From Vezdaea acicularis (lineage: Eukaryota), in contig JAPEUI010000125.1 in assembly GCA_026025075.1 (NCBI GenBank), positions 1 through 45,884 on the forward strand: DNA of 45,884 nt. The letters run 5' to 3'. Shown here piece after piece: positions 22,701-35,426 of the stretch. Within the stretch, counting starts at the first letter, position 1; each line of letters begins with the position of its first letter. The notes below the pieces were generated by a model. It saw only the letters and a program-made list of their open reading frames with translations, was not told where the DNA came from and searched no databases. Both the position numbers and the translations under genes were made by a program.

Positions 22701-24158
22701 CTATTCTTCTTTCAACCCACAAGTATCCCAACCCAGCCAAGAATCCACCCACCATGCAACCTTCCACCAAAGCGTCGCCTTATCCCAATCAAACTCCCCA
22801 GTGTCTTTCCTGGGCACGCTATCTCCTATCACGTCCGTTGTAAACCACGTGGGCATCTGCGCTGTCATTCGTTGCCACCATGTCGGTTGAGGGAGGAGCG
22901 CCTGCTCCGCTGGAAGAAGGACGGCACGTCGTGCTGAGGGAATACGGGTGCAGAACTCACTGGATGTAGTGCTGCCTGTAGAGGTTGTGGGCTTGCTGAC
23001 GCCGTTCGGCTGTCTTACAAGACCAGGACTGTTTGGAAGTGTGTGTGGCTCGGTGGAAAGGGATGGATAGGGAATAAGTCCCGGCGGTGGAGGAGAAAGA
23101 CCGTTTGTGGCTGTTGCAGAGGATGATGTGCTGGATGTAGAATCTGAAAAGGGGGGTTCGAAGCTACGAGAAGATGAGTTCAGGTTACTTGTCGTATGAG
23201 ATCGACCAAGATTGCTTCTCCTAGAACCGAGCAGGCTGCTCCCTTCACCAGGAGGCTCGGAGGTTGTCCGCGGTATTGTGTGCATTGAAGTAGATGGCGC
23301 AAGACTTCGTAGCGCTGATGGTTTCTTTGCATACTTTGTCGCCTCAGGAGTCCCGACCAGAATAGGTACATCCTGTGGTGGGCCCGCACCATGGTAATAC
23401 TCCGCTACTACTACATGGCCATAAACCTCCACAGGCGAAAGGGCGACAGCGCGCTCAGCAACTGCTGCAGACTCAAATGTGATCTTGATCCAGCATTCAC
23501 CCCCTGCATAATGACTGGTTTTCCTACTTTCTGCTGCAGTTGTTGGACCATACTTTCCGATAGAGCTGCTAAAGGATGCTGCTTTGTATTTGCGCTGTGA
23601 AGGGGGCGCATCCCGTGGGTAGTCTTCGCATATTCGTCCGGCGATTTGCTCATACTTGTCGATAGCAGCCCACTGCTTATCCGCATGGAAGCCGTAAAGG
23701 ATGACCTCTGTTGGCTCCTTTTGGACAGAATCGGGGGTTACGATAGCGGTAGCAGAGGAATCAATACTTGTCAGGGCTTGAGTTGAAGAACGGCCAAAAG
23801 AGGGTGTTTTTGAGAGTGACTGCGACATGCGACGAGAAGTAGAGAGAGGCTCATCTTCGCTTGGGAGAGACTGGCCGCGTGCTAATGTTTTGGACCAAGC
23901 TTCTTCGAAGCCTTCAAGAGAGGAGTCCGTCTTTTTGGCTGGGGTGGCTGAGCGTGCCTTGGTATGGTGTGGTTTGGACGTTCCAAAAGGGCCCCATTCT
24001 TCAACAGTCTTAGAGGTGGATGCTCTACCAATATGAGTAAGTAGATATAACAGAAGACGAATTAATGATTCATACCGGCTGGAGATCTCAGCATAGGGTT
24101 TCCTCTTGCCATTCTCATCAAGGGCTCGTTCGTCCTCAGGGACAGCATGGAGTTGCAT
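22701..24158 (-). CDS. NUP53: Nup53/Nup35-type RRM nucleoporin
   Basis: 485-aa ORF including a probable in-frame 51-nt intron (24025-24075). MPPN/RRM-like core EPTEVILYGF..QWAAIDKYE..GRICEDYPRD..GGECWIKITFES, and a Trp-rich amphipathic C-terminus. Confidence 0.7.
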   Translation of the reverse strand: MQLHAVPEDERALDENGKRKPYAEISSRYESLIRLLLYLLTHIGRASTSKTVEEWGPFGTSKPHHTKARSATPAKKTDSSLEGFEEAWSKTLARGQSLPSEDEPLSTSRRMSQSLSKTPSFGRSSTQALTSIDSSATAIVTPDSVQKEPTEVILYGFHADKQWAAIDKYEQIAGRICEDYPRDAPPSQRKYKAASFSSSIGKYGPTTAAESRKTSHYAGGECWIKITFESAAVAERAVALSPVEVYGHVVVAEYYHGAGPPQDVPILVGTPEATKYAKKPSALRSLAPSTSMHTIPRTTSEPPGEGSSLLGSRRSNLGRSHTTSNLNSSSRSFEPPFSDSTSSTSSSATATNGLSPPPPGLIPYPSLSTEPHTLPNSPGLVRQPNGVSKPTTSTGSTTSSEFCTRIPSARRAVLLPAEQALLPQPTWWQRMTAQMPTWFTTDVIGDSVPRKDTGEFDWDKATLWWKVAWWVDSWLGWDTCGLKEE

Positions 24159-24455
24159 GATCGATTTCGGCTTTGTATCGATTTCTAGAGTTATGACATA
24201 GAGTAATCAGGACTAGCAAGCCAACTCTAATGCTACAGTAGTGTGAAGTGGCTTGTGCGAGACAGAAGAGGTTTTGTGTGGTGGAGAATCTTGAAGATGT
24301 ATCCGTCGGTCTTCTTCAAGAGTAAACACGAAATTCGGTGACCCAGAGAAGCTGCAGTAGCAATTTCGCATATTCCTAGATTTGGGATTCGGCCTATTCA
24401 CCATGCACTCCCCCAATCCTTAAACTTCCGCAACAAAGGGCACCATATTTTCAGG

Positions 24456-25060
24456 ATGTTTCGCATGGTAAGAGCTTTAATGGCTTATGCATCTAACTAG
24501 TCTTGCTGATGATCAATCAAAGCACAAAACTCTAGATACGATTACCCTCTTCCATAAGCCCTCCGTAGCAGCGTCTACTCGGGTTCTCACCTTGATCAAA
24601 ACGGCCAAGTCAACTGCCGCCAAGTCAGCTACTGAAGACCAAGCTAGTGATCATTCCCATCATACACATCCTCATCGAGAGGATTTTGACCTCGAAGTGA
24701 CGGAAGCCGCACCGACAAAGGACCAGCTTCGGACCATTTTCGACTATGTCGGAACAAACAGAGTAACGGATCTAGTGGCAGGAGCAAAAGATGAAAAGGA
24801 TGCCATGACCAGGATAGCTGCAAACCCAGATGCGTTCCAGAGACCTGTGGTGAATCAATTAAACCCTACTTCACTAGCTATTAGCTGCCTCTAATCAGTA
24901 TCTCAACAGACAGTTGATTGGAACAATGGGAGGGCAGGTAGGCAATCCCCTTTTACTTTTCAATTTGAGTCTTGTTAGGTTCTGACTATTCTCTGCAGTC
25001 GTTGGAGAGAACCATTCCGCAATTCTGGAGATGGTGAAAGCTTTGCCCAAAAGCGAATAA
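24456..25060 (+). CDS. FMP46: FMP46-like mitochondrial thioredoxin-fold protein (DUF1687)
   Basis: Exons 24456-24467, 24523-24849, 24910-24937 and 24999-25060 give MFRMHKTLDTITLFHKPS..STRV..FDLEVTEAAPTKDQLRTIFDY..FQRPVTVDWNNGRAVVGENHSAILEMV. Confidence 0.82.
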
Positions 25061-26378
25061 GCGTTCAGATGTAACTTCTTTACCTATGAGTAAAGGTTTA
25101 CCGATGAAGTCCAGCACGACTCGATGTATTTCCAGTCAAGTTCATCGAAGCTTCAGCCCCCGCGTCAGGGTTCGCTCCGCTGCTCCACATTCCGGTCCAT
25201 TCCCTATTTGCCTTGTGAGAACAGAAAGGGACTAAGTGTATCACTTACTCCAGGGGCCTGCGCCGAAGAGATTCGATAAATTTCCTAATCCTTTCTATGT
25301 TCGGCATATTGTGTCATAAAAGGAGGCGTTTCATTTCGAAGTCCTAAGCGATGACCTCAAATATTCATCTTGACAATCCGAAATACTCGTCTATAACCTC
25401 TGCTAAAGGAGCTCTAGAGTCCTTTTCAGATATTAATGGAGGCTTTGAGCATATCTTTGGCTACACAAAATAAATTTTGATATCGGTTCTTGGTCTCAGC
25501 CATGTGCCAGGGCGTATCACCACCAGCCGCCAGATTCTATGGCTCGTGCTATCGTTCGTCTTTTAGCGACGCTGTTGGGGCGGAAGCTTATCACATGTGC
25601 GCCCAAAGTGGCCCCAGCGTCAATCACAACCCGTCTATTGAGGAAGCTGACTACATTCGCCTTGACTATGTCTTCGCGGTGTGTTTCAAATTCCCCGAAT
25701 GCCCAAGCGCTTGAACTCTTATCTCGACCCTGCTGATTACGTACCATCTCCTTCCGACAAATATTGCGACTGTTGGGCCACATGAGTGGTCCAAGCTCCG
25801 CAACTGCTTCAAGCAACGATCAGTTATTGGCGCGTCCGCGTAGAAGGTTCGCGTTTCAGTCAATTTTAACTCCAAGAACCAAGAAAGAACAGTTTGATAA
25901 GCATTAATACGGCCCCCCACTGCGTATTGATATCTGATCGCCTGGGGATGCTCTATCCATGACACATGGACACATCTACAAAACGGATAGATGAGCCACT
26001 ACCTATTAGCGGCTGTACCAGTCGGCGGCGCATCTATGTCTCACCATGAACGAATACGACGTGTGCGGCGCACAGTCTGATTGGTCAAAACCTCGTGAAT
26101 GATGCCATTCAACGCTTTTCTGGAAGCTCAAGAGCTCTTCGTCCCTTGATTCAGGGGTTAATTCTTGCATACTCATGCTAGGACTGACTGATAAGCGGTT
26201 GTACGTTTAGCTTGGCTTGCGGATGCTCTGTCGTGATTTCGTCCTGCTCTATCGTGATGCCTTTATATTAACCCTGAAGCTCTGGATATAATTGTGTTCT
26301 GCCGAATTCCCAACTTTCCAAGGTCACCTATGAATCTTCCTCCCCATACTTCAGACTCCCATTCGAACAACGCGCCAT

Positions 26379-27119
26379 ATGATGTGGCCTATCACTTCAT
26401 TTCTTTTGCTAGCGTCTAGCACCTTTTCCTTTTCAAATGCACTACCCTTTCCATTCGCACTCCCAGACTCATTCACGGGCGGTGGCTACTGTCAGTCGAT
26501 TGATATATACAACAAAACGTCGGAACAAGCCTTCATTGCGCCATGGCACCTTGTCTCGGCGACCACCTGTGACGCCGGCTATGCGGGTACATCTCCATAG
26601 ACATACAGCTTAATCTGTTGATCTGGCATTAACGTATACTTTCTAGGTTGTCAGCTAGGCCAGACATCTGGGTATGGAGTGACAGTCGGTGTCCGAATTG
26701 GTGGCTCGGTGTCTCTGGGCTCAATTTTCGGATTGGGTTTGAATGCAGACGTTTCCATCTCAACGACGAACAGCCAAGCAATAACAACATACCTTGCTTG
26801 TCCTAGCGGCTATATGTGCGGCCTAATGGGTAGGGAAACATATCTAAATGTGACCGGCTGGATAACACACACCTGCGCGCTACCTGGTAGTAAAGCGCAA
26901 GGAGAATGTAATTGCAATAATCGCTTCGAGTACTATGAAGTACACCTCCCAGTCCTGGTTCCAGGTACAGCAAAGAATTCTCAAGCGCAGGTCGAGTACG
27001 CGATTTGTGTCGTCGCAAATTCAACAAACTCCCTGACTAGACCACAGAGCATAGCGATATGCCCTCCATTTCCAGTCACTCCAGGAAATACGACCAATCT
27101 GGCAACGGAGACATCCTAG
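26379..27119 (+). CDS. Small secreted Cys-rich protein, possible aerolysin/ETX-MTX2-like beta-pore-forming fold
   Basis: Intron 26587-26646 joins two ORFs in frame. It has a signal peptide, about 10 Cys, and a central alternating-polarity segment GYGVTVGVRIGGSVSLGSIFGLGLNADVSISTTNS. The gene model is solid, the fold call is inference. Confidence 0.75.
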
Positions 27120-27376
27120 TCACAGCGGCTAGAGGCGTTCATCATTGTTGACTGATCATTACATCCACAAGCATTGCTCTTGGGTCTGCATTTTTCACAG
27201 CGGGTGTCTGTAGCATACTTCGCTTGCTTGCATATTGGGTTTTGTTATAAGTAGAATCATCGCAGTAACTCATTCAGCGGTGCAAACTTTAAGAAAACAA
27301 GAGGAGAGTCAGATATAGTGAGGCCCACGTACAAGCACTTGTTTTACAACAATAACCAGGAAAGACCAACAGAACC

Positions 27377-27660
27377 GCCGTGAGGCATCGCTAATCTTCA
27401 ACGCTCAAGCAACAAACATCCCAATACGTGGCCGTGAGGCATCATTAATCTTATATGTCGCTTCAAAGATGATGTTGCCGCAACGCGTTCGTCTTCCAAG
27501 CATACTCCCTACCTGCTTGTTCCTAAAGCCGTGAGGCGTCCATCTGTTCCATAATTATCTCCGAAACACATTACTCGCCTTTTGCCGTGAGGCGTACATC
27601 TCGAAAGCGCACTCCAGATATAAGCCGTAACTACTGCCGTGAGGCGTTCGTCTTCAAAAG
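27377..27660. repeat. Array of six GCCGTGAGGC-core repeats with ~46-56-bp spacing
   Basis: Exact GCCGTGAGGC at 27377, 27431, 27528, 27584 and 27636, plus a degenerate copy at 27477. Intervening sequence is highly diverged. Confidence 0.85.
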
Positions 27661-27966
27661 AACATTCCATACTCCATCCGTTCCGTATAGCGTTCAGCAG
27701 GAGCCCAACTCCTGTTTGGCAATCCCACGGTAAGCATGCCTTGCCTGGGTAAGTTTGAAACTCCCTGCAAAATTTGAGCGGATTTGAATCTGAATAAACT
27801 CCGTTGCTCGCACATTGTGGTCGTCCACTATGGCGAGAAGCACTTGGGTCGCCAAAAGTCCCGAGAAGGTTCAATGACGTTGTTTGAAAGCCTTGTTGTG
27901 TCCACTCGCTCCAAGTGGACGTTTTTTCAGCTCTTGTTGAAAATCCGAATGCATTGTCAGCTGCTC

Positions 27967-28486
27967 TTAAAGTCTCCTCTCCAAGGACTCAACCCTAGAC
28001 CTAAAGCCCCTCACAATCTCTCTTATCCGCCTCACTTTATCGAATTCCACTTCTAATTCATCGATCTGCCTCAAAATTGCCTTAAATCGGGCAATCTCAA
28101 CGTCTGCCGCTTGCATTGTCATATTGGCCACATTCGCCTGGCGCTGCACGCTCAATTGCGTTTGCTGATTTAGCTATCAACCCACAGTTATCAGCAAAGA
28201 AAACCTCTTGTGAATTTTATCCAGAAAAAATGGCTGCACACGTGACACTGACCTGCTGCAGCCGCCCCTGAATCGCTCCCATGAGTCGATCGAAGTGGTA
28301 CCCCAGAGCCGTTAAGCTCCCAGCATCAAGCAGCAATCTGCCTTGTGAGGACGCGGCGCTGGCTGCTCTGCTAGAGGACGGCCCAGCACTCTGTAATGCA
28401 GCAGCTTGGTGCTGGCGGAGCAGGATGATCTCATCACGGGAGAGGCCCAGGTTGGTGTCAGGGATGGAGGTCGCGGGCGAGGCCAT
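27967..28486 (-). CDS. CNL1: BLOC-1 complex subunit CNL1-like coiled-coil protein
   Basis: Intron 28174-28252. Motifs LGLSRDEIILLRQHQ, SSSRAASAASSQGRLLLD and ADVEIARFKAILRQIDELEVEFDKVRRIREIV are typical of the fungal family. Confidence 0.75.
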
Positions 28487-29427
28487 ATTCTTGTCGCGAT
28501 GCGGATATTAAGGAGGATGCACCGCGGCAGATGGCCGCACATTGTCAGATGAGCAATGAGCGATGAAAAGAATGATGATAGTGCATTGCGGATGCAAGTC
28601 GTGGAGAGGATCGAGAAGTCGAGGGAATGGGAAGCGGTGAGGGGTTTTGATTTTTGCTGTGTAGCGTCAACGCGTAGGGATCAATTGAGGGCTCGGGAGG
28701 CGGGGTTGATGACCACTCTGAGGCTCTTCGGGCGATGTGGAGGTAGCAATTGAGGCTGCTATGGAGTCATATGAATGATATTGAAGATCGGCGGTGATGC
28801 GTGAGTTTGCAGGGTCTGGGTTCAGGGTCGTTGTGGGGTGCATCGCGCTAGGAAATTGAAGGTTTTCGTTGGGCTTGTTTCATATCATTTGCCCCGTTAT
28901 GTGACTTCGTCTCAAGAGTTCTCTGGAGCATACTACGCGCTGCGACTGGTGTTCCGGTCGTGCTAAGTCTATCTAATACGTAACTAGATATCAATTCTAT
29001 GCCCTCAGCCTCAGGCGCAGCGACGGTGAAGATCACATCCATAGCACGACAAATTCGTTTGAAAGCGAAAACGCCTTCATCAATATAACAAGCGCTAGCA
29101 TATGCACTGGCAAGCCGTCCTAAACATTACTAATACGCTCTTTCCAAGGCTTTCCTCTTTCTTCTATGGTCGCGGGTGATTATCCTCCAGATACGCCAGA
29201 CTTCATTGGTTAAATCCATTGCTCGCTGTTTTTTTCTATTGACAACATGTCGCCTTCGGCAAATTAAAATTCTATTCGAGACAAGATTACAGCGCAAGAA
29301 GTGCCTTAAGCATGACCATCGCCATTGACTATATAGACGGACTTGGATTCAGATGCTCTTCAAGCCTCTCAGTAGGGCATCGTAGACTCCACGCAACCCT
29401 AAGCGGTCATGAAGGGGGTTCATCAAC

Positions 29428-31887
29428 TTATTTATTGACCACCGAATCTGGTTTCAAACCAGGGTTGCTTTGTCTATCACTCTCAAGCTCATCTGCAGGA
29501 CCATCTAGTAATGTTAGCTTCCTTCGCTACAAGGAGAATGAGGTTAATTACCATGCCGAGCATATAGTTTATACTCGTCATCCTCATATCTTCCAGCCCG
29601 CCCACTTTCGACATCTTTCCTCGTTGCACTCCTTCTGCTCTCCGGCAACCCCATACTTGCAAGAAACCTAACCGTGTCGTTCCACTCCGTTCTCTTTCTC
29701 TTCTCGCTCCAGCCTAGTTCCAAGGCCATGATATCGATGACTGTTGGCAACGCTTCAAGTGATGCCTGTGCATTTAAGAAAGCTAAACGTGTTCGCCTAG
29801 CGATCACATCTACTGCAGTCTGTGCGTATTCATGCCGTATAGCATATCGGATTTCTCCATCGATGAATGGATATAGTGACGAAATTCTTATGCCTCTCGC
29901 GGGGAACCGCTGTTCCGTAGGCGCACTCAAGGACGCAACAGTCCAGGCTCGATCCCCATAGCTCTCCACCAAGTGTCTAGCCACGTCTGTCTCAACTCCG
30001 AAATGTTGGATGAGGTTGATGAAAAGGGTCTTAGAGTAACCATGTGCACCAATGAGTTTGACTTGGTGGGTTTGGCAAGTACCGTCAAGTGATGCGCCAT
30101 CGTCGATTGCTTCACTGCCAGAGACGTTTGGCGCATCCACAGCTTTTGGAGTCAGACCAAAATTTGCGATCGCCTCATCGACGGTCTCTTCAGCCATTTG
30201 ACGATATGTAGTCCACTTCCCACCAGCACAGGTCAATAGGCCGGATGCAGAAAGATCGATCAAATGATTCCGCACCAAACTTTCTGTGTTTTTGGCCTTT
30301 GGATCACGAACAAGAGGTCTGATTCCAGACCAAGCGGCCAGGACATCCCCACGACGAACAGTGATGTCTGGAGATAGATAGTGACGAATCTCAGAGAGAA
30401 TCCAGTTGATTTCTTCCTCACCAGCCAACGGGTTGGCTTGGATTTCTGTGGGAGTGTCGGTCGTGCCAGCGATTGTGTTGCCTTGCCATGGAAGGAAGAA
30501 TATCACGCGTCCATCAGATGTTGACGGATCGATGAGACCCTTGGTCTATCAGCACGCGGATAACATAGAGGCAAGAGACATTACCATTTTTGCTGGGCTG
30601 TAATAACCTGGGAGGATGACATGGACGCCTGAGCTAGGAGCGACAATTTCTGAAACGGACTGATCGTCCATCTTTCTTATTGAGTCCGTGAAAGGGCCTG
30701 TCGCATTGATGATACCCTAATCTTGTTTAGATGGGTTTGTTGCACATGAGTAAAAGGCACTACCTTCGCTCTGATACTAAATTCGGGACTTTCTCTACTA
30801 TCTTTCACTGGGATCAAATCCCTGGCTTTAGCTCCTATGAGCCTCCCGTTCTGGTCTTTCTCAAGGCCTGTCACTTGCAGGTGGTTGACAACAGTGGCTC
30901 CGTAGAGTGCAGAAGTCAATGCTAAAGATACGTTCATCCGAGAATCATTATGGACGCCATCTTCACTATTTTCAGCGCGGCTATTCGGATGACATGGCAA
31001 TCGAACTTACCATAGTAGACTAGAGCTCCGAAAAGATTATTTTGTTTTAACATGGGGAACGCATCAAGTGCCTTGCTCTTGGTCAAGAAGTAAGAGCTCT
31101 CGATATTCTCGGCCCCAGCAAGAAGATCATAGAACTTGGTGCCAGCCCAGAAGTAACTGTGAAAGCCTAAGCTTACACTCATTTCCGAAATGACGGCACT
31201 CACGGCGCTTTCCACCACTTCTCAATTGGCAGCATTATCGGCAGCCAATCTGACAGGTGAGGGGCTGTATCTAAGAAGTATTTCCTCTCCCGCAAAGCTT
31301 CCCTTACAAGCTTATATCTGCCGTGATTGTGAGTCAGAATATCAAGTGACACAGACAATTACTTACTGGTTGTAATCTAGTTCCCACACGGCCTTCTCCA
31401 GATACCTCACCCCCCCGTGAACCAATTTCGTGCTTTTGCTACTTGTCCCACTACTGAAATCATCTCTCTCAACTACAGCCACCTTCAATCCCCTAGTCGC
31501 TGCATCAAGCGCAATCCCCGATCCTGTTGCGCCACCTCCAATTATGAGCAGATCATACGGGTCTTCTTTGACCTCTTTCTCCGTCAATTGGCCACCTCCC
31601 CAGCCTACAAGTCTTCCTAGCCAAGAGCCTCTCCCGGAATCTGCGGAGAGCCCAGCGCTTCGCTTCAAGTCTGCGATCTGCGCTTCTCTGGACTTCACGA
31701 GTGGGAATCTCGGCGGGCGAAAAGAACCTCCTTCACCATAGCTAGGTGGCGGGACAGCAGCTGGCTCGGACCCTGGGATTGAGCGGGGTCGATAAGAAAC
31801 GTATAACACGCCTCCAATAAGTGCCGAAGTGGAAGTGACGTAAAGCAGAGGTCGAAAGAGTCCACGTGCCCTCTGGCGGGCAGCCAT
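29428..31887 (-). CDS. GUT2: Mitochondrial FAD-dependent glycerol-3-phosphate dehydrogenase
   Basis: Multi-exon gene. [85 protein letters not shown] and ARRTRLAFL. The last exon ends ..SVVNK* at 29428. Confidence 0.96.
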
Positions 31888-32328
31888 TATAATAGCAAAA
31901 GGAGAACAATAGATTATAACAACATAGTGAGAGAATAGAGGAGGAAGAAGGCGTGGGCTGATGATGGTTACTCTATGCTCAGACTTTGCACATGCTTCGG
32001 GTGATGAGCTCCGGATAATCCTCGGCTCGAGAGATCGCGCTCAGGCAAGCTACGCTAAAGGTTCAACACTGGCAACTTATGGAGAGAACAGTGCTGTGAT
32101 ATTAATTGAACGTTTGAGATTGCAGAAATCCCAACCTGCAAACATTATAGACTTGCCTTTTCGACTATCTCATCCAAAGTGCTCGATCTGCACTAAGCCA
32201 TCTTCATTCTAGGCGATTACAAGGCCTGGATGACGTCGCCTTTCGTGCTTGCCGGTCGACCCTCTGCAATTCTTCTTGTTGAATGATCATATAATTGACT
32301 CATCAACGGTATCTGCAGAATTGACAAA

Positions 32329-33993
32329 ATGGCGAACATTAGAGCAATAGATGATGGGGAGCCCTCTAAAACCGCTAGATGGCTCGATCTAGTTGGCCAA
32401 GAGCTCGGGCTGTCGACAATTTTCCAATCACCGGTCGATACCAAGATTCTCTGTTTGCAGCGATTCGTCCGTCTCTTTGCTTATGGCTCCGCAAATCTCA
32501 TTTTTACCCTTCTTCTACATGCCCTCGATATATCGGATCAAAAGATTGGTCTTTTCATGACCCTGACTCTCTTTGGCGATGTGTTTATCAGTTTTATTCT
32601 CACACTTTTCGCCGATGGCCTTGGCAGAAGAAGGGTACTTGCGCTTGGAGCCGCATTGATGACAGTCAGTGGAATAGTGTTCTCACTTAGTGGAAATTAT
32701 TGGGTTCTTCTCGCTGCGGCCATCTTTGGCGTTATTAGTCCTAGGTAGAGATCATTACTCCATCAATGAAGCGCAGTGCTGAAGAAAGGTAGTGGCAATG
32801 AAATTGGACCTTTCCGTGCAATTGAGGAATCCACTCTAGCGCATTTAACAGAATCTCGGCATCGTACAGATGTATTTGCCTGGTACACCTTGATTGGAGT
32901 TAGCGGCGCCGCCCTAGGAACCATCTTTTGCGGGTGGTTTGTCCAGCACCTCCAACACCTTAAAGGATGGGACAACATTCGTGCATATAGGGTCGTCTAT
33001 ACGCTTTACGCAGCACTGGGAATATTCAAGTTCATCCTAGCTTGCCTCCTTAGCAAGAAATGCGAGGCTGAGCCTGAAGTCAAGCCTCAAGAGCCCTCTG
33101 AGTCGTCAGAAGAGACTCCTCTATTACCCAATAAACCCAAGGAGAATCAGAGCATATTACCGAAAATTGGCAAAGAGAGTTTGACTATTCTCATCAAGCT
33201 CTGCCTTCTATTTGCACTTGACTCTCTGGCATCGGGCCTTGTACCATCGTAAGTTTCAAAACACGCTTAGCCATTATATCGGAAATATTTGACGGGTCCT
33301 TGCATTTTAGGTCATGGATCATCTACTTCTTCAATCAGAAGTTCCATGTATCGGACGGGACATTGGGGTTAGTCGAACTTACAACCCTAAGTCTTAAAGT
33401 ATGACTGACGTCTGCGTAGGACCATTTTCTTCTTTACCAATTTTGTATCAGCAGCGTCGACTCTGGTAGCTTCTTCGGTCTCTAGAAGAATCGGGCCTAT
33501 CAAGGTGCGTATGATCCTAAGTTATATGTAGTTCTTCGTATTAATCCAAGGTATCCTGCAGACAATGGTCTTTACCCATCTACCATCATCCATCTTCTTG
33601 GGTCTTATCCCTATCCCTACTACCCTCCCTTTTGCTCTTGTTTTCCTTATCCTTCGGCATTCTCTTGCATCTATGGATGTAGCACCGCGGCAGGCATTCT
33701 TATCCTCAGTTGTACTTCCTTCTGAGAGGACAGCGGTCATGGGCGTCGTCAATGTCGTCAAAACGCTTAGTCAGAGCCTGGGGCCAGTGGTGACTGGTGC
33801 ACTTGCTGGAGCTAACAAATTTTGGATTGCATTCGTATTGGCTGGTACGATGAAAGTCAGTTATGATCTTGGCATTCTTGCTGCGTTTGCTAGTCATAAG
33901 ACGCAGGAGGAGAGGGCGGAAGAGGCTGCGCACGAACGGGAAGGACACCACGATGAGGAAGAGGGAGCGGTAGCTGCAGATCGTCGAGGTTGA
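32329..33993 (+). CDS. Major facilitator superfamily transporter
   Basis: Several exons. MFS motif A-like ADGLGRRRVL, GVISPSGNEIGPFRAIEESTL, MVFTHLPSS and SMDVAPRQAFL. Divergent from GUT2. Confidence 0.9.
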
Positions 33994-34571
33994 TCTAGGA
34001 GCTTGAGTTTGGGCAGACGCTCAAATGGTACATGGATTTTATGCGGTAGATTCGCAGGCTTATCACGGAAGCGCTCTTAAATCAGTCTTAACAAGAGATA
34101 CGGCAAAGTCTGAGGCAAGAAGTTATCGAGATTGTTTACAAAAGTCTCTCTGCACAGGCTAGCCGCTTTCATAGGAAGAAAATACTATCCAGCCTTTAAC
34201 GTACACAGCCCCATGCCAAAATCAAGGTGATACATAAACAATTCGAGGGCCGTCATCGCCCACGGCTTCAGGTAAATATTTCAAGACTTTGGCTTGCTCA
34301 AGGTAGGAATTTTACAGGAGTGGTAGGATTTTTACTTTGCTAGAGGTCATTGTGATCCGAACAGAGGTCTTCCCTGTGAATAATGTTATTCTTAGGTTTC
34401 TGTTGAGCTTTCCTTGAACCTTTACCCCTGCCTCGTTTTTAAGAGCCAGAACAACAAGGCCCTTACCAAGCACGTCGGCTTTCTATAAGCCCCGAAAGCG
34501 ACAGCAAAAGGAGGTTTGTCACAGCCAGGAAGAGCAAAAATATGCGAGATCCCATCGAATAGGTGAGATGA

Positions 34572-35426
34572 CTAGTAGGCCTGGTAAGTTCCAGAGCCAG
34601 GTTGCTGATAGGCATTGACTGGCACGTTTGGTGCGGGTGAACTAACTCCCACGGTGTAGCCGGGGGGAGGATGTATGTTCGAGCGGTCGTGGCAGTGGAA
34701 ATTGCACCCGACTAGCGTCCGTGGGTCTTGTATGCCTCTTGATTGAGCTCCGGTGAAGTGTCTTTCGACTACATCGCAAAGAATCTCTGGAGTTCTTGTA
34801 AAAGTTGCTCGAGCACATGGAGTGAGCCCTTCGTTTGCAGTATAATGAAAAAAAGCAAAAGCGTGAATATAGTAGTCATAAAGAGGGCAATCCCGTGGCA
34901 GAGCACATTTATTGTAATAGGTTTCAGGTCCAAATCGCGTGTTTGTGCTCACATGGAACGCTCTTAAAGTATCCATTATGAGATCTGCAAGCTCATACAC
35001 GTGGAACTTGAAGCTAAGGACGTAGAGCTTGGTCAGAGGCTCATCAATTTGGCCTAAGCTTCCAAATCGTGGCACGCCGTCTATGTTCCCCGCGTAAACC
35101 CACTCGATAAGGTGCTGAACTGTAACAGGATCCTCTTGTAGATCAATGGCATCATTTTGAGCTTTCTTTGTGTCTGAGCTGGAAGAATTACGAAAATAAC
35201 CGACTTTCTCGTAAAGGAGTTTCCTATGCACAGGAATTGACCGCATAGTGTCACCAGAGCCCGCGTTGAGATAAACGATCTCTTAACCTAGCGGATCGAG
35301 TCCTTGGACACCTCTAAAGTATGGAGTCTCAGACAATTATATGACCAGACACTATGGCGGGATTACGTACGGCTTTTTGTAACATGGCGATACGTTTTGC
35401 GTATTTATTGGTCCGACGAGCGCCAT
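34572..35426 (-). CDS. BTB/POZ-domain protein, probably interrupted by a premature stop near its N-terminus
   Basis: ORF 35246-34572 has BTB hallmarks (PVHRKLL..YF, IDLQEDP..LIEWVYAG, LTKLYVLS.KF...LAD.IMD; CNFHCH). A predicted exon 1 (35426-35371) and intron 35370-35314 lead in frame into DPLG*EIVYLNAG, with TAA at 35285-35283. Confidence 0.65.

Noticed and set aside
25330..25965. Cluster of short ORFs on both strands between FMP46 and the secreted protein
   Set aside because: I found no consistent splice model or recognisable family.
27377..27660. CRISPR array interpretation of the spaced repeats
   Set aside because: The core is only ~10-12 bp, spacing is irregular, spacers retain mutual similarity, the context is eukaryotic and there are no cas genes.
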